A stretch of DNA of 64,000 nucleotides from Gammaproteobacteria bacterium (lineage in GTDB: Bacteria; Pseudomonadota; Gammaproteobacteria; JAKEHO01): positions 2,489 through 66,488 of the forward strand of contig JAKEHO010000067.1 of the NCBI GenBank assembly GCA_022614965.1, written 5' to 3'. Every line of letters starts with the position of its first letter. Position 1 is the stretch's first letter. Shown one piece after another: positions 12,540 through 22,352 of the stretch. Under the pieces are notes generated by a model. That model searched no databases and was not told the origin of the DNA. It saw only the letters and a program-made list of their open reading frames with translations. Made by a program: the position numbers and the translations under genes.

Positions 12540-14243
12540 ATGAGCGCTTTTCCTCTAAAATTTCATGCTATAAGGAGTGGTTTGAGCGCCTTGGCCGGCG
12601 CCTTATTGGTTTCTCTGGCATCCGTCGGGCCGGCCCTAGCCGACATGGACGCCGTCACTCAGGACATGTTGACCGGATCATGGGAGGATGCCAATAACTG
12701 GCTCCACACCAACGGAGCCTACTGGCAGAAGCGTTACGCCCCGGCGAACCAGATCAACACAAGCAACGTGAACCGGCTGCGTCCCGCCTTCACCTTCCAG
12801 ACCGAAGTCATTGAATCCATGGAGACCTCACCAATCGTCGTGAATGGCCGGATGTTTTTGACCACCTCGTTCAATCACGTCTATGCGATTGATGCGGCGA
12901 CGGGTGAAGAGATCTGGCACTACAAGCACAAGATGGGGCCGGTGACGACTTACTGCTGTGGCCCTAACAATCGTGGCGTCGCGATCTTGGGGAAGATGCT
13001 CTACATGGGCACCCTGGATGCCAAACTGGTGGCGCTCGATGCGGATACCGGCAAGTTGATGTGGGAGACGCAGATCGCCGAGCCGGAACTCGGCTACAGC
13101 GAGACCATGGCGCCCACCGTCATTAACAACAGGGTGCTGATTGGCACAAATGGTGGCGAATATGGTGTCCGCGGATTCGTGAAGGCCTATAACGCCGCCG
13201 ACGGTAAGCTCGTCTGGACCTTCCATACGATTCCCGAAAAGGGGCATGAGGGCGTGTGGGCAACCCATGATGCCACGGGTCGCAACATGCTCCGCGACAT
13301 CGCCAAGGAAAAGGCTGACCTGAAGAACGCTGGCGACTTCTGGAAGCGACTTGGCGGCGGTGTCTGGCAGAATCCTGCGATTGATCGTGAGCTGAATACG
13401 GTCTACTTCGTGGTGGGTAATCCCTCACCGGACCTGGACGGCTCCATACGGCCCGGCGATAATCTGTACACCAATTCCTTGGTGGCGGTCGACCTAGACA
13501 CCGGCAAGTACAAGTGCCACTTCCAGTACATCGCCCACGACGTGTGGGACCTGGACGCAGTCAGCCCGGTCATCCTGACCGATGTTAAGGACAAGAACGG
13601 CAAAACGGTGCCGGGTGCCCTACACGGTGGCAAGACCGGCCATATCTATGTGCATGACCGTCGCAATTGCAGCCTGATCCGTTTCTCCGAGGCCATGGTG
13701 CCGCAGGAGAACATGTGGGTGCTGCCGACTAAAGAAGGCAAGCGGATGCTACCCGGTGCAAACGGCGGCGTAGAGTGGTCACCCATGGCGGTCAATCCTG
13801 ACCTCGGCTTGGCCTACGCCGTCAATTTGCACCAGCCGATGACCTATCATGTGGAGAGCACGCCCTACCCCGGTGGCAAGCTCTGGCTGGGCGGCGCGTT
13901 TAAGGTCATCCCAACTGAAGCGCAGTGGGGCAACATCACTGCGGTTAACTACAACAGCGGCAAGATCGCTTGGCAGGTCAAGACCGAACAGCCCATGATG
14001 GGTGGAGCTCTGGCAACGGCCGGTGGCTTGGTGTTCGCCGGCGAAGGCAACGGATGGTTCAGAGCCTATAATGCCGAGAATGGTACGAAGCTGTGGCAAT
14101 ACCAGGCGGGTGCCGGTGTCAATGCGCCCGCCGTCTCCTACACAGTGAACGGCAAGCAATACATTGCTGTTGCCGCCGGTGGCAATGTGCAGTTGAACTT
14201 CAAGCGCGGTAACAGCGTCGTCGCGTTTTCGCTGGTCGAATAA
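12540..14243 (+). CDS. periplasmic type-I PQQ-dependent alcohol dehydrogenase, putative lanthanide-binding clade
   Basis: AGGAGG RBS, signal peptide ending ALA, METSP, vicinal CC (YCCGPNNRG), [22 protein letters not shown]; no C-terminal heme domain. Confidence 0.92.
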   Translation: MSAFPLKFHAIRSGLSALAGALLVSLASVGPALADMDAVTQDMLTGSWEDANNWLHTNGAYWQKRYAPANQINTSNVNRLRPAFTFQTEVIESMETSPIVVNGRMFLTTSFNHVYAIDAATGEEIWHYKHKMGPVTTYCCGPNNRGVAILGKMLYMGTLDAKLVALDADTGKLMWETQIAEPELGYSETMAPTVINNRVLIGTNGGEYGVRGFVKAYNAADGKLVWTFHTIPEKGHEGVWATHDATGRNMLRDIAKEKADLKNAGDFWKRLGGGVWQNPAIDRELNTVYFVVGNPSPDLDGSIRPGDNLYTNSLVAVDLDTGKYKCHFQYIAHDVWDLDAVSPVILTDVKDKNGKTVPGALHGGKTGHIYVHDRRNCSLIRFSEAMVPQENMWVLPTKEGKRMLPGANGGVEWSPMAVNPDLGLAYAVNLHQPMTYHVESTPYPGGKLWLGGAFKVIPTEAQWGNITAVNYNSGKIAWQVKTEQPMMGGALATAGGLVFAGEGNGWFRAYNAENGTKLWQYQAGAGVNAPAVSYTVNGKQYIAVAAGGNVQLNFKRGNSVVAFSLVE

Positions 14244-14266
14244 TAAGCCCAAGACGCTATCACTTT

Positions 14267-14296
14267 AACGGCCGCCCCATCGGGCGGCCGTTTTTT
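14267..14296 (+). terminator. rho-independent terminator after the PQQ dehydrogenase gene
   Basis: AACGGCCGCCC-catc-GGGCGGCCGTT followed by TTTT. Confidence 0.85.
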
Positions 14297-14384
14297 GTGC
14301 GGTGCCGTATCTGATAGAGTGAACTCTTGCTAGAGACCGTAGGTCCGAGTCTCTGCAACCGTGATCTTCGTTAAGGGAGATAAA

Positions 14385-14966
14385 ATGTCGATGAAATTTT
14401 TGGGAGGTCTTTGCCTTGTTGCCTGTACGCTAGCTGGTGGACCGCTATTGGCGGATGAGTATGCGAGTATCAGGGACAAACTTCAGATCTGCTTCACCTG
14501 TCATGGTGAGGACGGCGCGTTGCCGCCAGAGGGCAAATACCCAATCCTCGCTGGACAACACTTCTACTATCTCTACAGTCAGCTTAAGGACTTCAATGCA
14601 GAGCGACGCCAAAACCCCGAGATGAGCCCTATGGCCGCCAACCTGACCAACGAGGAAATGCAAGCGTTAGCCAAGTTCTTCTCTGAGCAGTCCTGGCCGA
14701 GCACCGGGTTTGTATCCGACCCTGCTAAGGCAGAAAAAGCGGAGCTCAGCGCGATGTCCGGTGAATGCGTGCAATGCCATCTCGGCGGCTACGAAGGAGC
14801 CAGCGGTGTTCCACGACTCGCTGGTCAGCAGAGCGAATACCTGAAGCAAACCATGTTGGATCTTAAGACGAGGGCACGGGCTAATGCGCCCGACAAATCT
14901 TCCTTGATGAACGTCCTATCGGACGAGGACATCGACTATCTTGCCAACTATCTCGGCGGCCTATAG
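14385..14966 (+). CDS. periplasmic diheme cytochrome c4-like protein
   Basis: Signal peptide; two CxxCH motifs (CFTCH, CVQCH), each followed by P.LAGQ and a distal Met. Confidence 0.9.
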   Translation: MSMKFLGGLCLVACTLAGGPLLADEYASIRDKLQICFTCHGEDGALPPEGKYPILAGQHFYYLYSQLKDFNAERRQNPEMSPMAANLTNEEMQALAKFFSEQSWPSTGFVSDPAKAEKAELSAMSGECVQCHLGGYEGASGVPRLAGQQSEYLKQTMLDLKTRARANAPDKSSLMNVLSDEDIDYLANYLGGL

Positions 14967-14994
14967 TCAATACGCCAGTATGACTGGATACGAG

Positions 14995-15768
14995 TCATGG
15001 TGGCAGTTCAGCCTTTGACGGCGTGCCAGCGTTCTCGAACAAGTGAACGGCTCCAGAGTATCCGGCCTCTTTCGCATGGTCTAAAGCCGTTTTACCGTCC
15101 CTGTCCTTTATGGATGTCTTGGCGCCGGCGGCCAAGAGTGCCTGAACAGTCTCGGTGTATCCCCCGTCTGCTGCCATTATCATGGCGGTCATGCCCCGGT
15201 TATCCTGAAGGTTCGGATCAGCGCCGGCCTCCAGCAAATAACTCACGGTTTCAGGGTGCCCATAGCCTGCCGCCCACATCAGGATGGTGAGGTCATTGCC
15301 GTAGCGCGCGTTCACATTAACATCCTTCTCAAGCAGCAGCTTGACAATTTCAAGATCCCCGTCGCCCGCCGCATAGACGATCGCGGTCTTGCCTGCGTTA
15401 TCCACATAATCCACCCGAGCACCCGCATCAAGCAACAACCGTACGATGTCGATATGACTTCCGTAAACGGCCTCGGCCAAAGGCGAAATATTCTTCAGGT
15501 TCGGCCGGTTGACCTCCGCTCCATATTGGATCAAAAGCGCAACCGTTTCCGTGTGCCCTTCTCGTGCGGCATAGAGTAAAGGAGTGTTTCCGAACCGATT
15601 CCGTACGTTGACGCTAGCACCTTCGTCCAAGAGTGCTTTGACTGTATCCGTACTCCCCTCCTTCGCCGCATCCAAAAGGAGAAAATCCTGTTCGCGATCG
15701 GCTCGAACTGAGGAGACAGCTAAAACCGCAGCCATCAGACAGGCATAACGCACGGATCTGTGCAGCAT
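14995..15768 (-). CDS. exported ankyrin-repeat protein
   Basis: Signal peptide ending VRA; about 6-7 repeats of G.T(P/A)L..AA..G....V..LL..GA.VN. Confidence 0.9.
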   Translation of the reverse strand: MLHRSVRYACLMAAVLAVSSVRADREQDFLLLDAAKEGSTDTVKALLDEGASVNVRNRFGNTPLLYAAREGHTETVALLIQYGAEVNRPNLKNISPLAEAVYGSHIDIVRLLLDAGARVDYVDNAGKTAIVYAAGDGDLEIVKLLLEKDVNVNARYGNDLTILMWAAGYGHPETVSYLLEAGADPNLQDNRGMTAMIMAADGGYTETVQALLAAGAKTSIKDRDGKTALDHAKEAGYSGAVHLFENAGTPSKAELPP

Positions 15769-15855
15769 CTCATTAGCCCTTCTCTTATTGGCATTAGCAT
15801 ACGCGCGCCGAAATAATGATTGCGGATCCCGGAAAGTCGAACTGTTTTTCTTCTT

Positions 15856-16881
15856 TTAGCGGTCCGTCGAGTACGTTAACAAGGTTTCTACGTGGGCGGC
15901 AACACTGCTGGCCAAGCCATCCAAATTGTAACCGCCTTCGAGAACCGAAACTAGACGGCCACGACAATGCCTGCCAGCAATATCCATTGCCCGCTGTGTG
16001 ATTGCCACATAGCCATCGTCTGTGACATCAAAACAACCCAGCAAGTCGTCCTTTCTGCTGTCGAAGCCGGCCGAGATGAGCACCAGATCCGGTTCGAATA
16101 CATCGGCCGCCGGTAGGAGGCGCTGATCAAACGCCGAGACGATATCCGCGTCTGTCGCCCCGCAGTCGAGGTGCACATTGATATTGTAACCGTAGCCCGG
16201 GCCGGCACCTTTGCGGCGTGGATCACCGGTGCCCGGATAGGCATGATAATCGTGGGTGGAGAAGTACAAGACGGTCGGATCATCATAAAAAACCGCTTCC
16301 GTTGCATTTCCATGATGATAATCCCAGTCTATGATCAACACCTTATTGATGCCATGCACCGCCTGTGCATACCGGGCCGCGACCGCGACCGTATTATAAA
16401 AACAAAATCCCTCTTCCTTGCCGGTATTTGCCGCATGATGGCCAGGGGGGCGTACGGCACAGAACGCGTTACGTAGGCGACCCTCACAAACCTCTGTGAC
16501 AGCAGCCAACGCTCCCGCGACTGCATGCATTGCAACGATATGTGTTTTACCGTAGCGGGCGCGAATGGATGCGATGTGAGCCTCATCATGTACCCTCAAT
16601 AAGTGGGAATGCACGTTATCAAGCGGTCGAACTTTGACAACGTCATTGACCAGCCCCGTGTCTTCCATTTTGTCTCTAATTGCGGCCAATCGCATGGGCG
16701 ATTCGGGATGCCCAGGCGATAACCAATGTTCCATGTAGAGCGTTTCGAACACATACCCTGTCCCTGCACCGATCCGCTTCACGGCCAGCATTGCGTCGGC
16801 GGAGGATGCGAGCCGCCAGAAAGTCAGTATGCTCCCCGCCAATATGCCTGAGAGGCAGCTCACAAAGGCTCTTCGTTTCAC
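15856..16881 (-). CDS. histone deacetylase-family Zn amidohydrolase with twin-arginine leader
   Basis: MKRRAFV leader; HPESP, RPPGHHA, GFCFYN, DWDYHHGN, YPGTG, SAGFD and LEGGY motifs. Confidence 0.9.
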   Translation of the reverse strand: MKRRAFVSCLSGILAGSILTFWRLASSADAMLAVKRIGAGTGYVFETLYMEHWLSPGHPESPMRLAAIRDKMEDTGLVNDVVKVRPLDNVHSHLLRVHDEAHIASIRARYGKTHIVAMHAVAGALAAVTEVCEGRLRNAFCAVRPPGHHAANTGKEEGFCFYNTVAVAARYAQAVHGINKVLIIDWDYHHGNATEAVFYDDPTVLYFSTHDYHAYPGTGDPRRKGAGPGYGYNINVHLDCGATDADIVSAFDQRLLPAADVFEPDLVLISAGFDSRKDDLLGCFDVTDDGYVAITQRAMDIAGRHCRGRLVSVLEGGYNLDGLASSVAAHVETLLTYSTDR

Positions 16882-17040
16882 ACCCTAGTGCCTAGTTTCT
16901 TGTCCCGTGATTGGGGCCCACCATACGAAGCCGCACCAAGATTATTAGTCTTCTTAGCCTATTAGAGGAACTACTTTATGATAACATTCAATGGTGATTC
17001 GCGATTTGTTGCATGTATTGTGCCGATGTAGCCAGCCGCA

Positions 17041-17550
17041 ATGAAGTCTAGCGTGTTTGCATGTCTACTTGTAGCCTATCCGCTATCTGCCCTTGCGCAA
17101 TGGACTGTCATGAACGATATCGATGCCAACACCAACGAAAAAACCAAGGTTGCGTATACCAATAACGCTGCAGGCTATAGCCTTGAGATCTACGAGGACA
17201 AGAACGGTGTTATTCGCTCACGCTTTACCCTCAATGGCGGATTCAGTGTGCTCGCGCAGAACAGCTGTCCAACGATTCAAGTCGACAAACACAAACCGAT
17301 AAACCTCTCGATCGATGATGGACTGTGCGTCCTCGATAAAAAAAGTGCCGAACATGTCCTCGGTTACGTTGAAAATAACCGGGTTATATCAAGGCCCTTG
17401 TACTACTTAATGAATGGTCGATCGATCGTCTATCGATTTAATCTGGAAAATGGCGGATATGGACAGACCGAGTTTTCCTTGAATGGCTCCAAATACGCAC
17501 TGGTAAGTACCCTAGGAATCGAGATCGAGGTAGTACCCAGCGACCAGTGA
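17041..17550 (+). CDS. exported hypothetical protein
   Basis: Clean 169-aa ORF with signal peptide ending ALA and one Cys pair in the mature part; family not recognised. Confidence 0.7.
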   Translation: MKSSVFACLLVAYPLSALAQWTVMNDIDANTNEKTKVAYTNNAAGYSLEIYEDKNGVIRSRFTLNGGFSVLAQNSCPTIQVDKHKPINLSIDDGLCVLDKKSAEHVLGYVENNRVISRPLYYLMNGRSIVYRFNLENGGYGQTEFSLNGSKYALVSTLGIEIEVVPSDQ

Positions 17551-17875
17551 TCAACCTGTCAGCGACCCAGCTCGCCCTAGCGCCTTGCATGACAATGTCT
17601 GGACAGAGGCGAGCGACTGGTACAAAAGCAACGTTGGCCCGACTCCACACGCGCCCTAGCTGAGAGACTACGATCAGAGTTAACCGGGCGTAGTGCGCAA
17701 CCTCCTCCCAGTGCCCGATACACCGAGCACACTCGCCCCATCCAGTTACAGACTTCCCAGAAAATCAATATGCCGCGCAGCGGCAATGCCCGATAATGGA
17801 TTTAAAAGGGACATCCCAGCAAAATAAGCTACCACAGGATCATTCGTACACCGGCACTTGCACACCTCTTTTACG

Positions 17876-19015
17876 ATGCAAATTCGCTGCATTCAAAGCC
17901 TGCAGGATGTCCCCGCCGCCAACTGGAATCGGCTAACTGACGGATCCAACCCTTTTCTAAAGCATGAGTTCCTCATTGCACTGGAGCAGCATCACTGCCT
18001 CGAAGAAAACGGCTGGCAGCCCTATTATCTGGTTACGGAGAAAGAAGGCCGGCTGGATGGGGCCATGCCGTTGTATTTAAAGTGGAATTCCTATGGTGAA
18101 TTCGTATTCGATTGGGCATGGGCCGAGGCGTATAAGCGTGCGGGTGGTGCATATTACCCCAAACTGGTGGCCTCTATACCATTCACGCCGGTTACGGGAC
18201 CACGGCTGTTGGTGTGTCGATACGATGATCGGCAAGCGCAACCCATGGATGCGCTCATTGATGGAGCCCCTTCGCTGGCTCGCCAGCTTGACGTCTCGTC
18301 TCTTCATTTTCACTTTACCACTACAGAAGACACCGACCGGCTGGAACAACACGGATTGATGCGCCGTCTAGGCTATCAATATCACTGGTCAAACCACTTT
18401 TATTGGGACTTCCAGGATTTTCTAGACTGTCTAACGTCTAAAAAACGCAAACAGATCAAACGGGAGCGCCGAGCGATACAAGAGGCCGGTATTGCCATCG
18501 AACTTTTAAATGACAGCAACACTAATAAAGCACACTGGGAATCATTTTATGATTTCTATTGCTCAACATTTCTGCGCAAGTGGAGTAAACCGCGATTGAC
18601 TCTCGACTTTTTCAAGTCGATAGGAAACACCCTGGGGGATCAGACATTACTGCTGTTAGCGCGTCATCGTTCCCGATAGGTGGCAGGGGCCCTATTCCTG
18701 CGTGGAGGAGATACGCTGTTTGGGCGTTATTGGGGTTGCAGCGAGCAATTCGCGAATCTGCATTTTGAGATGTGCTACTATCAAGCCATTGATTATTGCA
18801 TAGCCAATCAACTGCAACGCTTCGAGTCCGGCGCCCAGGGAGAGCACAAGATTAGCCGGGGGTTTTCACCGAAGCGAACCTGGTCAGCCCATTGGATAAA
18901 AGATGCCAGCTTCCACAAAGCGGTCCACGATTTTCTTATACGTGAACGCCAGGTTGTCGACCGATATATCGGTTTATTGACTCAACACGCCCCTTATAAA
19001 CGGATGTCACCGTGA
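17876..19015 (+). pseudogene. DUF482 / FemAB-like GNAT protein interrupted by an in-frame TAG at 18677-18679
   Basis: SYGEFVFDWAWA, YYPKL...PFTPVTGPR, GRYWG, LHFE.CYYQ and GAQGEHK all lie in one frame across a single stop. Confidence 0.85.
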
Positions 19016-19138
19016 TGCTCAACATAGAGATCAGGCCACTGTGTTATAGAGGCTGAGCGAGACAAGCCCAATCATTGGCCGATTGCCACATACCAGACTA
19101 CCGGCCCAGCGGTGATCAGGACCGAGGCCTCTTAAGTC

Positions 19139-19849
19139 ATGCGCAACAAGCTATATTGGATATCAGATCAATTGCTCGCCGATGATTTCCCAGATGTGGC
19201 AAAAGCATTGGCTGAGCCTGATGGCCTACTAGCGATAGGGGGGGATCTTGACACTGAGCGCTTGCTCGATGCATACCGAACAGGGATCTTTCCTTGGTAC
19301 AGCGAAGGTCAACCCATACTTTGGTGGTCGCCAGATCCACGTTCGGTACTGTTCCCTCAAAACTTAAAAGTTTCACGCAGTTTGCGCAAATTCTTGCGAA
19401 TGAGGCAGTTTCACGTAACATCTGATCAGGCATTTCGCGATGTCTTGTTGGCATGTGCCGAAGCAAGAGATCATCGATCCGGAACATGGATTACCTCCGA
19501 TATGATAGAAGCTTATTATCAACTGCATGTCCAAAAGTACGCCCACTCGATTGAGTGCTGGCATGATGGTAAATTAGTTGGTGGACTCTACGGCATAGCA
19601 TTAGGTCGCGTGTTCTTTGGCGAATCAATGTTCAGTAACATGACCAATGCATCTAAGGTTGGGCTTGTATACCTGGTTAGAAAATTGCTGGAATGGGATT
19701 TTAAACTCATCGATTGCCAGGTACACTCCAAACACCTAGAGAGACTTGGGGCGGTAACGATACCACGGCAGCAATTTGTACAAATGTTGGATCAGTGGTG
19801 CGACCCCATTGATCAGAGTTTCGCCTGGCATACGATTGCCGACAGCTAA
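19139..19849 (+). CDS. aat: leucyl/phenylalanyl-tRNA--protein transferase
   Basis: GLLAIGGDL, GIFPW, WWSPDPR, GGLYG and FFGESMFS motifs. Confidence 0.96.
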   Translation: MRNKLYWISDQLLADDFPDVAKALAEPDGLLAIGGDLDTERLLDAYRTGIFPWYSEGQPILWWSPDPRSVLFPQNLKVSRSLRKFLRMRQFHVTSDQAFRDVLLACAEARDHRSGTWITSDMIEAYYQLHVQKYAHSIECWHDGKLVGGLYGIALGRVFFGESMFSNMTNASKVGLVYLVRKLLEWDFKLIDCQVHSKHLERLGAVTIPRQQFVQMLDQWCDPIDQSFAWHTIADS

Positions 19850-20577
19850 TGAATCAAGCCACCTACTCTGCAAAGCTAAACTTTTATGCCACGCCGCCAC
19901 ATGAGTGCAGCTATCTACCTAACAGGGAATCAGTGACCCTGTTTGCAGATCCCCGATTCCCGAAATCAAATCTACTCTACGCCACGCTGGCCAACCACGG
20001 ATTTCGACGCAGCGGCGAACACCTCTACCGGCCGACCTGCCCCACGTGTAACGCCTGTGTACCTATTCGGTTGCCGGTCGCCGAATTTCGACCGCGACGC
20101 AGACAGCGGCGAACGTGGCGCCGAAATACAGACCTCACTGTTACCCCAGTCGCGCCGCAATATAAAGATGAGCATTTTCGTCTTTACCAAGACTACATCG
20201 CTGCACGTCACAAGGGCGGTGGAATGGATAATTCCAGTCCTCAAAGCTACATGGATTTCTTGACCTCAACTTGGGCGGATACGGTTTTCTACGAACTGCG
20301 CCATGAACGCCGGTTGCTCGGAGTGTCCGTCATTGATCGCATGCCGAAGGCTCTATCTGCAGTCTATACCTTCTTCGATCCCGACTGTCAGGACCGCAGC
20401 CTTGGGCGATTTTCAGTTCTCTATGCCATCAGAGAAGCCACCCGACTTGGACTATCCTGGCTATATCTGGGTTATTGGATAGGGGAATGTGAGAAGATGC
20501 GATACAAAGATGAGTATCAACCCCTTGAGTACTATCGTAATGGCCGGTGGCTACGCCAGGTGGACACCAAGCAATAG
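19849..20577 (+). CDS. bpt: ATE1-like aminoacyl-tRNA--protein transferase (Bpt, Asp/Glu leucyltransferase)
   Basis: H.CSYL, GFRRSG, C..C..C, SAVYTFFDPD, YLGYWI; 1-nt overlap with aat. Confidence 0.9.
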   Translation: MNQATYSAKLNFYATPPHECSYLPNRESVTLFADPRFPKSNLLYATLANHGFRRSGEHLYRPTCPTCNACVPIRLPVAEFRPRRRQRRTWRRNTDLTVTPVAPQYKDEHFRLYQDYIAARHKGGGMDNSSPQSYMDFLTSTWADTVFYELRHERRLLGVSVIDRMPKALSAVYTFFDPDCQDRSLGRFSVLYAIREATRLGLSWLYLGYWIGECEKMRYKDEYQPLEYYRNGRWLRQVDTKQ

Positions 20578-20653
20578 CATTATGCGAGAGATGCCACTTT
20601 AGGGCACAATTTAATTTTTAACAAGAATCTACCAGGGAGTTACGTAATACTGC

Positions 20654-20872
20654 ATGCCCAAAGAAGATCACATTGAAATGGAAGGCACCGTTATCGAGAC
20701 GCTGCCCAACACGATGTTCAGGGTAGAATTGGATAATGGTCACGTGATCACCGCCCACATCTCAGGGAAAATGCGTAAGAACTATATACGCATCCTAACC
20801 GGCGACAAAGTGACCGTCGAGCTGACGCCCTACGATTTGACGAAAGGCCGGATCACCTACCGCGCGCGCTAA
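20654..20872 (+). CDS. infA: translation initiation factor IF-1
   Basis: [32 protein letters not shown]. Confidence 0.98.
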   Translation: MPKEDHIEMEGTVIETLPNTMFRVELDNGHVITAHISGKMRKNYIRILTGDKVTVELTPYDLTKGRITYRAR

Positions 20873-20948
20873 TGACGCTGAACACACACCAACCGGTTGT
20901 AGCGCGGACCTAAAATTTATATAAGCATAACGCACAGCGCATCGCTTT

Positions 20949-21437
20949 TTAATTTGCGTTCGCTGCGGAGTTGATCTGCAAGCGAATCGCGTCGAGTAAG
21001 CCTAGCGACGCCGCATTAATCAACTCCAACACCTTTTCAAAGCCATTTACTCCGCTGCCATACGGATCGGGGATGTCCAAGGGCCCCGCTTCGCTGGCAT
21101 ATGTCATAAAAAGCTTGAGTTTATCTACGTGACTCGGTGGGCAGGCGGACAGCAGATCATGATGGTTTTGCCTGTCCATCGCCACAATATAATCGAATCG
21201 CAAAAAGTCCGATTTGTTAATCCTGCGAGCCCGCAGATGACTAATATCAATGCCCTGTCTTAGGGTCGCTATTTGCGCACGGGGATCCGGTGGCTGCCCA
21301 AGCTGATAGGCGTGGGTGCCTGCCGAGTCGATATCGACAATATCTTGCAAATTCGCATCGCGAATAACTTTTGAAAACACGCCTTGCGCAATCGGCGATC
21401 GGCAAATATTACCCATACAAACAAATAGCACTTTCAT
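20949..21437 (-). CDS. low-molecular-weight protein-tyrosine phosphatase
   Basis: VCMGNICRSP P-loop, DSAGT, IPDPY. Confidence 0.93.
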   Translation of the reverse strand: MKVLFVCMGNICRSPIAQGVFSKVIRDANLQDIVDIDSAGTHAYQLGQPPDPRAQIATLRQGIDISHLRARRINKSDFLRFDYIVAMDRQNHHDLLSACPPSHVDKLKLFMTYASEAGPLDIPDPYGSGVNGFEKVLELINAASLGLLDAIRLQINSAANAN

Positions 21438-21476
21438 AACGCTCGTTGCACCGTACCTAGGAACGGCTTGATGACG

Positions 21477-22256
21477 TTACTTAAAGAGCGCATTTGTTTG
21501 AAATAGATTTTGTACCTTTTGCAAATCCTCTGCGGTTTCGACATGATGCCCAGGTTGCTCACTTGCTTCCTCCACATAAATTCGCCCGCCATGGAACAGC
21601 ATCCGGAGTTGTTCCAAAGACTCGGTTCGCTCAAGGATACATGGAGCCAATGTAGAGAACCGCTTAAGATAACCGGCGCGATATGCATAGATTCCAATGT
21701 GACGATAAAAAGTTGTGTCCAAGGGTAGCCCGAGCGATCGCGCATTGGCATCAAAGTCCGTACGTGCCCACGGGATGGGTGCCCTGCTGAAATACAAGGC
21801 ATAACCATGATTGTCGAGGACTACCTTCACCGTATTCGGATCGAACAACACCGCTTTGTCTTCGATGCGAGCACATAAGGTCGCACTTTGCGCATCAGGA
21901 TGCGCCTCCAGTGCGCCTGCAACCTGATCTATCAGCTGTGGGGACATCTGCGGCTCATCCCCCTGGAGATTTACAATAATCGTGTCGTCGCACTCAGCGC
22001 AACTTAGCACAACCTCGGCAATCCGTTCAGTGCCCGTTTCGTGCGCGGGGGAGGTCATGTGCACAACGGCACCGAAGGCCTCTGCAACCTCGCGGATCCG
22101 CCAGTCATCCGTCGCAATGCTTATCTCTTCCGCACCTGAGGCGAGCGCTCGCTCGTACACATGCTGGATCAGAGGCTTCCCCGCTATTTCACGCAATGGC
22201 TTGCCTGGAAGACGTGAGGAGGCATAGCGCGCCGGAATAATGACTTTAAAACCCAA
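21477..22256 (-). CDS. kdsB: 3-deoxy-manno-octulosonate cytidylyltransferase
   Basis: IIPARYASSRLPGKPL, VNLQGDEP, ALYFSRAPIP, ESLEQLR. Confidence 0.96.
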   Translation of the reverse strand: MGFKVIIPARYASSRLPGKPLREIAGKPLIQHVYERALASGAEEISIATDDWRIREVAEAFGAVVHMTSPAHETGTERIAEVVLSCAECDDTIIVNLQGDEPQMSPQLIDQVAGALEAHPDAQSATLCARIEDKAVLFDPNTVKVVLDNHGYALYFSRAPIPWARTDFDANARSLGLPLDTTFYRHIGIYAYRAGYLKRFSTLAPCILERTESLEQLRMLFHGGRIYVEEASEQPGHHVETAEDLQKVQNLFQTNALFK

Positions 22257-22352
22257 TCATAGCTCCCTAGCTGTCAGGGACTCGCTGATCCGTATGCTCA
22301 TCTACGATCCCCCTGCTTACGCCCTTGGCAAGTCAAACCGGTGGGGCATCGA

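Noticed and set aside
18677-18679. Genome-wide TAG reassignment or pyrrolysine
   Set aside because: TAG terminates several intact genes here at their expected ends (for example lolA, exbD, asnS, xseB), and no pyl genes are in the window
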